A program made the position numbers and the translations under genes. This document shows positions 20,948 through 30,201 of a stretch of DNA of 30,201 nucleotides, piece by piece (within the stretch, counting starts at the first letter, position 1; each line of letters begins with the position of its first letter). This DNA is from Paraspadella gotoi (taxonomy: Eukaryota; Animalia; Chaetognatha): the NCBI GenBank assembly GCA_051294375.1, contig JBJCIZ010000282.1:355101-385301 (forward strand), in the 5' to 3' direction. The notes under the pieces were generated by a model. The model was not told where the DNA came from. It worked only from the letters and a program-made list of their open reading frames with translations, and made no database searches.

Positions 20948-21651
20948 TGATAGGTTAGATTCGTATGATACCGTCGGTCCTGCGCGGCCATTTAGACGGT
21001 CTGCTTAGATCTTAGGAGCCCTAGAGCCGAGGTGGGGGTGAAGAGAAAAGGCCGAGACCGACGGAGACGGCCAGATCTGACCCATTCGACCGATTGACCA
21101 ATCGACCGGACAGGGACTGACCTGACTCTTTCTCCACTCTTTCTCTCCCTCTCTCTCTTTCTCTCTCTCTCCAAACTTAACTTGGACGAGCTCAGACAAG
21201 ACCAACTACAGATTCACTGGATCACTTTTTCACTAGAATTTCAACTACTTTCTTACAAAGTTCCTACTACGTTTTTACTAAAGATTTATCACGATTCTAT
21301 TTGATTTCTCTTCGATATATAGATTCTTCATTCAATTTTATCTCAAGATTTTACTTTGTTTTCCACATTTTATTACATTTATTTACTTTATTTTTTTGCG
21401 TTATTTCTTCCCGACTTTCGAGCTTTAGTTACATAAACGTTTGGGATACTTTGCGTCAGATAAGTTGCGACGAAGTGGACCATCTTCACCTCAAGAGGCG
21501 TAGAGAGCAAGCTTCTATACACATGCCCGATGAAGCAGCTCCGCTTTTGACGCCAATCTTCAAGGGAGCGCCGCTCATTTGGATCCACCATTTACAAGTT
21601 AGATCTTGCATCCGGGGCCCGTCTCCCTGTTATGTTTACAGTTACTAAACA
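20948..21651 (+). repeat. Probable 3' LTR; right boundary uncertain and no matching 5' LTR in the window
   Basis: Starts with TG directly after the PPT, is non-coding with a (CT)n tract, and reaches a CA just before the Gypsy 2 protease. Confidence 0.45.
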
Positions 21652-21653
21652 AT

Positions 21654-24088
21654 TTAGATACGGGAAGTTCATAAACCTTTTATCTGTTGACATTTTAAGA
21701 GACGTTTTAAAAGTATTCTTCCCCTTAAACAGAGAGTTTGTGCGGGTTGTGGGAATAGGAGGAGGAATCTGGGAATGTTAGGATCTATCTTTCTTAGATG
21801 CAAAGTAAATAATGTCACAAGAAATGTTATTTTTCATATTATCACCGAAAAGAAATATGTATTTTTGGATTACAAGGATGGCTTTGTTTAACATGGTTTT
21901 GGAACTAAAAAACAAACCGTAGAATGTAATGGTAAATGCTAAAATATAATGAAAAGAGGGGATGGGATCGCATAAAAGTACATTCTGTATTGACCAAAAA
22001 GATTGTAACTTAAGACTAAGTGAAATGATCCTATTCCTCCTCATCAGAATGTAATGACGTTTGTTGATATCAAAGGCGAGTTGAGTAGAAATACTTTGGA
22101 TATCGATTGTGCATACGCTTGTTGCATTATGGTGTTGTCATCCCGCGATATGTGGTCCGGCCTGCCAAGAAAGTTCAAGAAAGTTCCGGTACTAATTAAA
22201 AATTGGTTCGGGACACCAATGAAACTTTACAGATGTAGTTCAATGGGAGTAGCCGCCCCGTGTGTCGTCTATGAACAAGACCCACCTTCCAAGCCCATCA
22301 TCGACATGAATCGCTTGATGGACATCTGGCCGGTCTGATCAACCTATCGCACCTGGACCATGAAAAAAGAGAAAAGGTAGAGGCGATGCTTAAACGAAGG
22401 TATCGAGCTATCAGTAGAGGCACCTGGGACATAGGTAAAACGTCCCTTGTACAGCACAAAATTAACCTCCAAAAGGGGGTGACCGCCGTGGTCGAGCCAA
22501 CTCGGAAATTTCCTCTTGAGAAGCAACGCGCTGCTGAAGAGCAAGTGGAAAAGTTTCTTGAAGCCGATCTCATTGAGAAAAGCACTTTTCCATACCGCAC
22601 GTGGCCTGTGATGGTTGATAAAAAGGATGAGGATGGAACCGTCCACAAAAATGCCCGATTTGCTAATGACTACCAAAAGTTAAATTCACTCACCATACCA
22701 AAGAGTCCTTGTCTTCCACGCATGTCAGACATGTTTGATCCGATCTCGGGACATCACTGGTTTTCCAAGATTGACTTAAATTGGGGATATTTGGAGGTTG
22801 AAATCAACCTTGCTGATCGTGAGAAGACGTCATTTGCAATTCCAAATGCAGGTCAGTATCAATGGAAATGCATGGCATTTGGTTTATGTGATGCTCCTGG
22901 AACATTTACAGAGTTAATGGCACTCGTATTACACGGTCTAACCTTCTCAACATGTTTGGCATACCTTGATGATATCATATTCTTTGACCATAACTTTGAC
23001 GAACACATCCAGCATCTGTAGGAGGTCTTCTCCCGTCTGGAGGTTGCAGGGTTGAAGGCAAAACCCTCCAAGATCCATCTGTGTAAGAATGAGATTCAAT
23101 TGCTGGATCACGTTGTGAACAAGGACGGAATTTGGCCCAACTTCATGAAGACTAAATCAGTCGCAGCCTGGCCCGTCCAAAACTCAGTTAAAGAAGTTCA
23201 ATTGTTTGTCGCGTTTTGCAACTTTTACAGGAGATTTGTTCCTAACTTCTCCTTAATTGCTAAGCCATTGTATGAATTGACCAAGAAGGCAAAGAAGTTT
23301 TATTAGTCAACGGAATGTCAAGCGACATTTGATAAGCTCAAGATGCTCATGTGTTCTGATTTGGTACTTGCATTACCCAATCTTGATAAAACCTTCCATT
23401 TAGCTACAGATTGGAGTGCAACTGTAAGCGCCTTTATCCTCTAGCAAGAGGATGATGCCACCGGGAAGTTGCGCCCAATCCTATATGGGAGCCAAGTCCA
23501 CAAAGGAAGTTCGGGCAAAAGTGTGCGATCACCGGATTCTGCCTTCATGGGAGAGTTCAAGCCATTGGCCTGGGCGATGGAATCCACCCACCAATATCTC
23601 CTTGCCAAGAAGGACTTTTGTCTTTACTCTGACTGTCTTGCTTTGGTTTGGTTGATGAGGGCTAAATCAGTCCGAGGGTACGTTTTACGAACCCTTGGAA
23701 AGCTTGCGCAGTTTGGTAACATCACCATCAAGCACTTGCCCGGTAAACAAAACTTAGGCCCCGACCTCCTAAGCAGGGTCGATTTTGCTTGGTCAATTTC
23801 TGTACCTGAGGGTAAGTGGACTGACATCGTTGATGATATTTTGATTCTCAGTTCAAAATTGTGCAAAAACTCTCCGATGTAAATGTTGAAAATGGAGACA
23901 AAAGAATAACCCATGCTAATCATTTAAAAGCCAAAGTTAAAAGAAAAGAAAAGAAAGAAGTTGATAATGAAGATAACATCAACAATAGTGAACCTGAGGA
24001 TCCGCCTCCCAGACATTCAACGAGAGAAGGGAAATTGCCCGCTCATCTCAGAGATTTTGATCTCAGCTCCGAGCGGAAAATCCTTTAA
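21654..24088 (+). pseudogene. pol: Ty3/Gypsy element 2 pol (PR-RT-RH plus integrase C-terminal tail only); relative of Gypsy 1
   Basis: LDTGS at 21654; YRAISRGTWDIGKTSL; NARFANDYQKLN; CLAYLDDIIFF; HLATDWS; HLPGKQNLGPDLLS; then directly KLSDVN..THANHLK..RHSTREGKLP. Colinear with Gypsy 1; contains stops and frameshifts. Confidence 0.93.
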
Positions 24089-24449
24089 TTCCTTTGCTCA
24101 GCTTTCTAAGATTCTCTTTTCTAAAAGGTTGCTCTTCCCCTTCGCCTAGGAATCTGCTGGGTTATCTTCTCCCTTATGATCGCAAAGAAAATAGAGTCGG
24201 GATGAGTAACGAATATTAGGTTAATACAATGTTACAATTTAATCAAAGTTAGGACCTGTAAACTAAAGGTTAGTATTGTTGCTCCGATCTTTTTTCCTTT
24301 GAAGCTTAGCAACGGATAGTTTCAAATTCTGAAAATAAATTAAAGGTTTCGTGAATCACTGTTCTTCTTGATTAAAAAACAGATTATTTCTTATCTGGTT
24401 CTCTGATTAAAATTCGGATTTTAAACTAAACAAAAGGTTCTCATCTTAC

Positions 24450-24565
24450 GGTGCGGCGAAGATTTGTGCAGGCGGCCTAACAATCGCCGCCCGCCGCATC
24501 TTCCCGCACCTGAGCGAGAATGCGGCGCCTTGCCACATCCCATAGTTGGCGCGCCCGGCGCCGCC
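24450..24565. other. GC island with two adjacent imperfect hairpins
   Basis: ggtgcgg/ccgcacc, gaagat/atcttc, ggcggc/gccgcc (24450-24510); gcggcgcc/ggcgccgc (~24522-24565). Confidence 0.55.
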
Positions 24566-25249
24566 GATTTGAATCATAATCTGATCTAAAATAAAATATA
24601 ATTTAAATCAAAAGACATTACTGTGATAAATAAAAGTACTTATAATTATAATAATTAAATTATCATTATGTCCAAAGCCTTGTCCCTTGTTGCGTCACAT
24701 GTAAATAATGTTTTGTTTCGCGATATGTTTTGTTTACATTATTTGTTTTGTTTTATGAAAAGTCGAAAATTCGCGGATGCTAACTTTTTTATTTTCCCCC
24801 CACAGAAGGCTCATTAACGAGAGATGCTAACCAACATGCTAATACGACATTTAAAAACGTGTAATTCATTTATGGTAAAATAAATCAGTATTTCAAATGT
24901 CATTGTTATTGAGTCACAATTATTAATTAATGTCTTTGATGTATTCATTGTCTTTCATTGACACAATTGACCTTGCTTCAAAATTATGTTGTTGTCGCTA
25001 AAAGTAGTTTTTGCCGTAAACTTTCATCATGAATGATAAACAAAAGACAAAGAACAACGACTAAAATGTGAAATCGATTCTGATAGTATACACTTGTTTA
25101 TTACTGTACTTACGGTTGCTGATCCATTAAGAATATTGATTTATGTGAACGAAAAATGAAAAACTTAATTGGGGGAAAAGCACGTCATCAAAAAAGGAAA
25201 GAAATTAGGATGAAGCTACACTAGACAAAAAAGGAAAAGGCCGTAAACT

Positions 25250-25885
25250 TTTGTCACGTCACGTAAGCTGAAGCAAAGAGGGTAGAAGAAGGGATAAAGA
25301 GGTGTGACCTCTTCCCTTTTCTCGGGGTGGGTGTGAGAAAGTAAGGTATTCTTCTCTCTCTTCTCCCCATTCCCCCTCTTTCTTACATCCGTTTCTTCCC
25401 TTTTCATCTCTCTCTCGGTCTTGCTCAGTCTATCTGTCTCTCTCTCTTTGAAGTTTTAAACGTTTATTGATAATAAAAAGGTCATAAAGAAATATTAAAG
25501 GAATTTAAGGAAAACGTGAAGAGAGGGAGGGAGAAAGCAGACTTTGGACCAGGCGTGTCACACTGCGTCAAAAGGGCGTGAGGAACTTGATTGGTCAGCG
25601 GTCGCGTCTTGTGACGCGACTTCCGCCAATTAGGAGTTGAGGGCGATGCGCGGGAGCCCTGAAAATATAAAGATATAAAAAAGAGAGAAGTAACCTAAAG
25701 ACAGAGAGAGAGATATATCCAAAAAAAGAGAAAATTCCATAAAAAATAATTATACAATCTTGTAATATAAAACTAAACTTATAATTAAAAGATGTATTCT
25801 TCTCTCAATAAATACTAAATGCTACGAAAAATAACAGGAGCTAGGAGCTGCGCTATCTCTAGTCACTTAGCCACCTTATGCTACA
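25250..25885 (+). repeat. LTR-like block (CT-rich tract, CCAAT-flanked hairpin, TATA, AATAAA, ends CTACA)
   Basis: Reverse homology to 8410-8700; gtcgcgtc-ttgt-gacgcgac at 25601-25620; agatataaaa at 25671; aataaa at ~25807. Left boundary uncertain. Confidence 0.55.
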
Positions 25886-26875
25886 CATGGGCAGAGTAAA
25901 ATGCGTTCGCCTTCTTGGCGATCGTTTCCGGCATCTCGTCCCCTGGGAGGACCTTGGCCAGGATCGCGTTGAGGAGATGATCAATCGTCAGGGATTCGAC
26001 CTCAGCGCGCAGTGCGGCCACAAACTGCGAAGGAGTGCGTCCTGCGAGGGAGTGGTGACCAAGGAGTTTCTGTGCCTTTTGCCGGAGTTTCTCGGCAAAC
26101 AGCTCAGATGCTTTTTCACAGCAAGGTAACCACCAGAGACAGGGTGGTCGTTGGTATAAAAACCTCTTACTAGGACCTGGTGCTCCTGTGGTACTGCGCC
26201 GAGAATGTGCATCTTTTTGTGCTGATCGTCTGTAACTGCAGCGAGGCGGAAACTCCCCTTGACAGCAGCAAGCCAGGCTTTGATGTTGCCGACATCAAAA
26301 GGCGGAAACTTAGGCGTCTTGGACCAGTTGGTGCTTGGCGTCTGGTCATTCATTGGTACGATGGAGGAGGCTCCTCCCGCATCGACGTTGTCCGGGTGTT
26401 GTTGACCTGCAAACTGACATAATCTTTGATTGAGGTCGCCTGTAGACCTGTGTGGCATCGCCGATGGCGCCTGCTGAGCTGCTAGCAGGCGTTGGACTGT
26501 TGATGTGAGGTACTTAATTGAGGACCTCATGCTTGCGTTGAAGCTTTCCTGCTTTGCCTCCAATCCCAGAATCCTGTTGTTGAATGTCATGATCAGCCCG
26601 TTTGATGACCATGGTACGGTCCTGAAGGAGCCGACATTTGATCGGGATGGCGTGATAACGCTTTTTACTTTCGTCTGGTCGCCGCGTGGCGTCTTGAAGG
26701 CGTCATCAGGTTATGGTGGCGGCGGTGAGGTCGGGGTGGCGTCCTCAACGGTGATGGTGGGTGGTGTGAAGACGTTCTCCGTGGGGCGTCGTTTGAGGTT
26801 GTCCGCTAAAGGCGAAGTAGAGGCGCGGCGGGTTCCACATCCTTGAGGGTCCTCCATATCCAGAAGGTGTTCCAT
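25880..26875 (-). pseudogene. gag: Gypsy element 3 gag, DUF7041-like N-terminal domain, 3' truncated
   Basis: ATG at 26875 is in frame with ORF 25988-26590 through one TAA (26711-26713). PKFPPFDVGNIKAWLAAVKGSFRLAAVTDDQHKKMHILGAVP...YLAVKKHL, then a frameshift to QKLLG..GRTPSQFVAALR. Confidence 0.8.
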
Positions 26876-27564
26876 GATCGCTGCTGGCTGTAAAATATTG
26901 ACTGTAAAAAATTACTAATTCTGCGCCGAACAGAAAAGACAAAAAGTTTTAAATTTTTTTAATCAAGGGAAAAATCTGAAAGAAAAATTTTCGCATAAAC
27001 TTTTATATAATAAAAACTAGCAAAATTCTCTGACAAAACTTTCTTTAAACGGCGCGGTAAAGTGAAAAACGCGTTGGCGGGACGGTCATTCACGATACCG
27101 TAAGTTAAAATTTAATTAAAATTTAATTAAACTTAGAGCTATTAATAAAATTTGTAAAAAAAAAGGATGAAAATTGATTAGGGTTAGTATCGTAATTCAA
27201 AATCTCAAAGTTAAGCAAAATGCAAATCGTTGAAAACTCCTAAAAAATAAATATTAAACTTGAGCTTTGACGCTAATCCGAGTAGGCGATGCGAAATGTT
27301 GGACGTTGGAAAAGACGCGCGCGACTGAGTAAAATAGAAATTGCGAAAATCGTTTAATTTTGAAGTTGAAAATATTTTTAAGAAAAAATGCGTCGAAAAA
27401 CGCAAATTGGTTGATAGCGAAATAGTTAAACTGAGTAAATCTTCTTCACTAATTCAACCACCTAATAGCGATTGATAAATAAAATAATCAATCAATCACT
27501 TGATCAATCAAATCATAAATTAATCGATCAGATCCAGTTTAAATCAGAAGGTTACTTATCTTTA

Positions 27565-27577
27565 GTCGGGATCACCA
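27565..27577 (-). promoter_or_regulatory. Primer-binding site, tRNA-Trp type
   Basis: Minus strand TGGTGATCCCGAC is a 12/13 match to TGGTGACCCCGAC (complement of the eukaryotic tRNA-Trp 3' end), 1 nt after the LTR-terminal CTACA. Confidence 0.8.
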
Positions 27578-27578
27578 A

Positions 27579-28055
27579 TGTAGAAGACGAAAAATAGTAA
27601 TAATAAAAGTAAGAAGAAGGTGAAGAATTGTAACGATGTAAGATAAGTAGAAAAGAAGTGAGACAAGCTCTTTCCTGATCCACTTTTATCATCGCCCGGA
27701 CCAACTTGACCTTACGGTCGCCTCAGCCCTATTACTGTGTCCGGTCAATCTAAGGTCATTGCCAAAGCTAGGGCAAAGTGACCATGTGGATAGACCGGCT
27801 CGGAGAAAGAGGAGAGAGGAAGGGTTTAGAGAGAGAGACCGGTGGTAAGTCCCCTCAGTACAAATTCTGGCATATCTTTTTACCCGACTTGTGAAAACTC
27901 CTTCAGCTGCCTTCCTAGGAATACAACTGTCCATTAGAGCGTAGTGAAAGTTACATAAGAAAATTATAAATGTCAATTATGAACAACATACCATCAGTAA
28001 ACAGTAATTTAAAAAAAAAAACAAGTTTGAGCAAACAATGTCGGATCTGCCTACG
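27579..28055 (-). repeat. 5' LTR of Gypsy element 3 (~477 bp)
   Basis: Plus strand TGTAG at 27579 and CTACG (degenerate CTACA) at 28051-28055; adjacent to the PBS and upstream of gag. Confidence 0.7.
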
Positions 28056-28062
28056 ATAATTC

Positions 28063-28128
28063 ATTAATTAATTAATTAATTGATTAATTAATTAATTAAT
28101 TAATTAATTTTAATATGTAATAATTAAT
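28063..28128. repeat. (TTAA)n microsatellite
   Basis: attaattaattaattaattgattaattaatt...; another copy at ~29692-29715. Confidence 0.9.
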
Positions 28129-28246
28129 TTTAAATTACAATTCAACTTATCATCATCGATGTCCTAAAATTGGGTTAGGACAGTTATTAAATATGCTTTT
28201 TGTTTAATATTTTATCAAACAAACAATATCCTCTATTTTATTTTAT

Positions 28247-28276
28247 GTCTCCTTCTCTCTCTCTCTCACTCACTCT

Positions 28277-28315
<39 letters not shown>

Positions 28316-28522
28316 TTTTATGCAAATTGCAACAATCTTTATGCTTTTTTTAGATTTTTTTTAAACCTTGCATTCATTTTCACATTAAATTATATAATTA
28401 ATTAAAACATTTAATAGTAATCATTAATATTAAAGATTTCAACGCTAAAATGTGACTATATCGTATTTTCTATCTAAAGACCATTTCCCACTGCTCAATT
28501 ATCCCGTTGAAAACTTTATATC
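28247..28522 (+). repeat. (CT)n-headed repeat, copy 1 (truncated)
   Basis: (CT)n-tgcaaattgcaacaat...aattaaaacattta.tagtaatcat...atgtgact...catttcc...aaaactttatatc is homologous to ~29545-29836. Confidence 0.75.
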
Positions 28523-28526
28523 ACAT

Positions 28527-29253
28527 GTATTATGATATTAATAAGTATCTTAAAAAGCTCCTAGTGCAACAACCCAATAAACTAATGAAAAAGTTACATT
28601 GAAAAGTGAATGATTTAGTAGTAAAGGAAAAAACAAATTTTAAAGAGAACTAGAAGTTATATAAAAGGTGTTCAATTTTGGCTCGCTTACTAAGATATTA
28701 GGACCGGAACAGGTTAAAAAACTAGAAGTTGCTCTCAAATAAATAATGGTTAAGCGACTATTTAAATAATATGAAAATGAAAATAATTTTTTAAAATTTT
28801 GCTTACAATTTTTATAGATTCTGATGAGAGGCTTTAAAAGTTAGATAAAGGTTATAATACAATCTTTGAAAATTTTGTTAGTTTTCATTAATTAAAAAAT
28901 TAAAATATCTCAGCTGCAATATGATGAATGAATGATGATTTTTTTAGGTTTTTTTCTATTTTTAACCATTATTGTCAACAATTTTAAAAAAATTATAGTC
29001 TTAATTCCAATCTCTAACTGTTAAGGGCTCCTACCAGAGAACCGCGTGCCTTTAAAATAAATTTTTAAAATTTTTATTGTCAATCTTGTTATGATATTAA
29101 TCAAATATTTAAAAACTTCAGTGCAACAACAACCAATGAACTAAATTCAACAAAGCGTTACATTTGAAAATTCGATTTAGTAATAGAGTAGAAAAAAGAA
29201 ATCTTTTTGAGAGAACTAGAAGTTATAGAACAATGTTCTTGTGGCCCGCCCTA
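28527..29253 (+). mobile_element. MITE-like DNA element: partial 3' copy (28527-28692) plus a ~555-bp copy (28699-29253) with imperfect TAGG...CCTA ends
   Basis: The ~150-bp block tatgatattaat...agtgcaacaac...gagaactagaagttata occurs at ~28530 and ~29090. The left end matches the insert at 5509. No TSD seen. Confidence 0.55.
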
Positions 29254-29398
29254 TTAAATCATTTAGCATGTGAATTAAACAACTGTTTATCGAATAATAA
29301 TTTTATCAAATTTATGTAGATTTGTAAGTAATTTAAGTCATTTTTTAATCAGCTGAGTAAATTAACAACTTTTTTAATATGCTAATTATTAATCTTGG

Positions 29399-30201
29399 AC
29401 TCTCTCTCTTTCTCTCTCTCAATCTCTCTCTCTTGCAACTGCAACAATCCTATTGCTCATTTTCTGCTCTCTCTCATCTCTCTCTCTCTCTCTGCTCTCT
29501 TTTGCCATTGCGAACGAATTCCTTATGCCTCATTTTTTCTCCTGCTCTTTCTCTCTCTCTCTCTCTTTCTTCACTTTGCAATTGCGACGATGCCTTATGA
29601 CTTTTAGGATTTTTTTTAACTTGCATCATTTTTCTGCTTGCATCATTTTTTCAACTTGCATTATTTTTTTAAATTGCATAATTTTTTTCACATTAATTAA
29701 TTAATTAATTAATTAAAACATTTATTAGTAATCATAAATTAGTAATCATAAATAATAAAGATTCAAGTAAATGTGACTTATGTTTTTACCATTTAAACTC
29801 ATTTCCACAGGCACAATTCCATCAAAACTTTATATCTAGCTTCTTCACACACTTTCCTACCCGCTCACAAAATTTCATCTCAATCTATTATGGGTTAAAA
29901 TAAGTAAAAAGATTCAAGTAAATGTGACTCATATTTTTTTCATTTAAACTCATTTCCACTCGTACGTTTCCACCAAACTTTTTTATCAAGCATTGTTACA
30001 CATTTTTCTACCCACACAAAAATTTTGAACTCAATCTATCCATCCAATTATGATTAATTAGAGTACTTATTGGTTAAAATAAGTAAAAATATTTTAGTAA
30101 ATGCGACTTATGTTTTTTCCACTTAAACTCATTTCCACTCACACGATTCCGTCAAAATTTCATATCCAGCTTTATCACACACTTACCTACCCACACACAA
30201 A
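29399..30201 (+). repeat. Composite repeat: 3 x [(CT)n + TTGC..TGC] modules, (TTAA)n, then three or more tandem ~150-180-bp units
   Basis: Units start ~29757, ~29907 and ~30087 (agtaaatg.gact.at.ttttt...ttaaactcatttccac...ctaccc.c.ca); the array runs off the window. Confidence 0.85.

Larger units (their letters stand above)
13171..21651 (+). mobile_element. BEL/Pao LTR retrotransposon, degenerate and 5' truncated; 3' extent inferred
   Basis: Triple Cys/His gag, DTG protease, YVDD RT, Pao-type RNase H, integrase, DUF5641-like tail, then a PPT and probable LTR. Membership of 18869-21651 is inferred from position only. Confidence 0.85.

Noticed and set aside
28819-28850. CTGATGA hammerhead-ribozyme core
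   Set aside because: No stem II followed by GAAA and no flanking helices.
29379-29704. Leu/Ser/Phe-rich ORFs
   Set aside because: Translations of (CT)n microsatellite and T-rich repeats.

Overview
AT-rich eukaryotic (probably animal) genomic window that is almost entirely nested, decayed LTR retrotransposons. I see no recognisable host gene, rRNA, tRNA or CRISPR. From left to right it contains: (1) an orphan Ser/Pro-rich coding-like stretch (~948-1703) running into an N-gap; (2) a minus-strand Ty3/Gypsy element with gag-PR-RT-RH-INT (2405-~8160) and an LTR-like block upstream; (3) a 4.45-kb unit bounded by two ~95% identical 101-bp TGTTA...TAACA repeats (8719-13168), with orphan ORFs and hairpin arrays but no pol; (4) a plus-strand BEL/Pao element (13171-18868) with a long 3' region, PPT and probable LTR; (5) a related, internally deleted plus-strand Gypsy pol (21654-24088); (6) a third, minus-strand Gypsy 5' end (LTR, tRNA-Trp PBS, truncated gag; 25880-28055); (7) MITE-like, microsatellite and tandem repeats (28060-30201). 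Every element carries frameshifts or stops, from decay and/or assembly indels. The best leads are a small transmembrane ORF overlapping a Gypsy gag start, a UGA-CUAG gag/pol junction in the BEL element, the short-LTR non-autonomous unit with covarying hairpins, and a possibly spliced ORF antisense to Gypsy pol. All were read by eye and are hypotheses.
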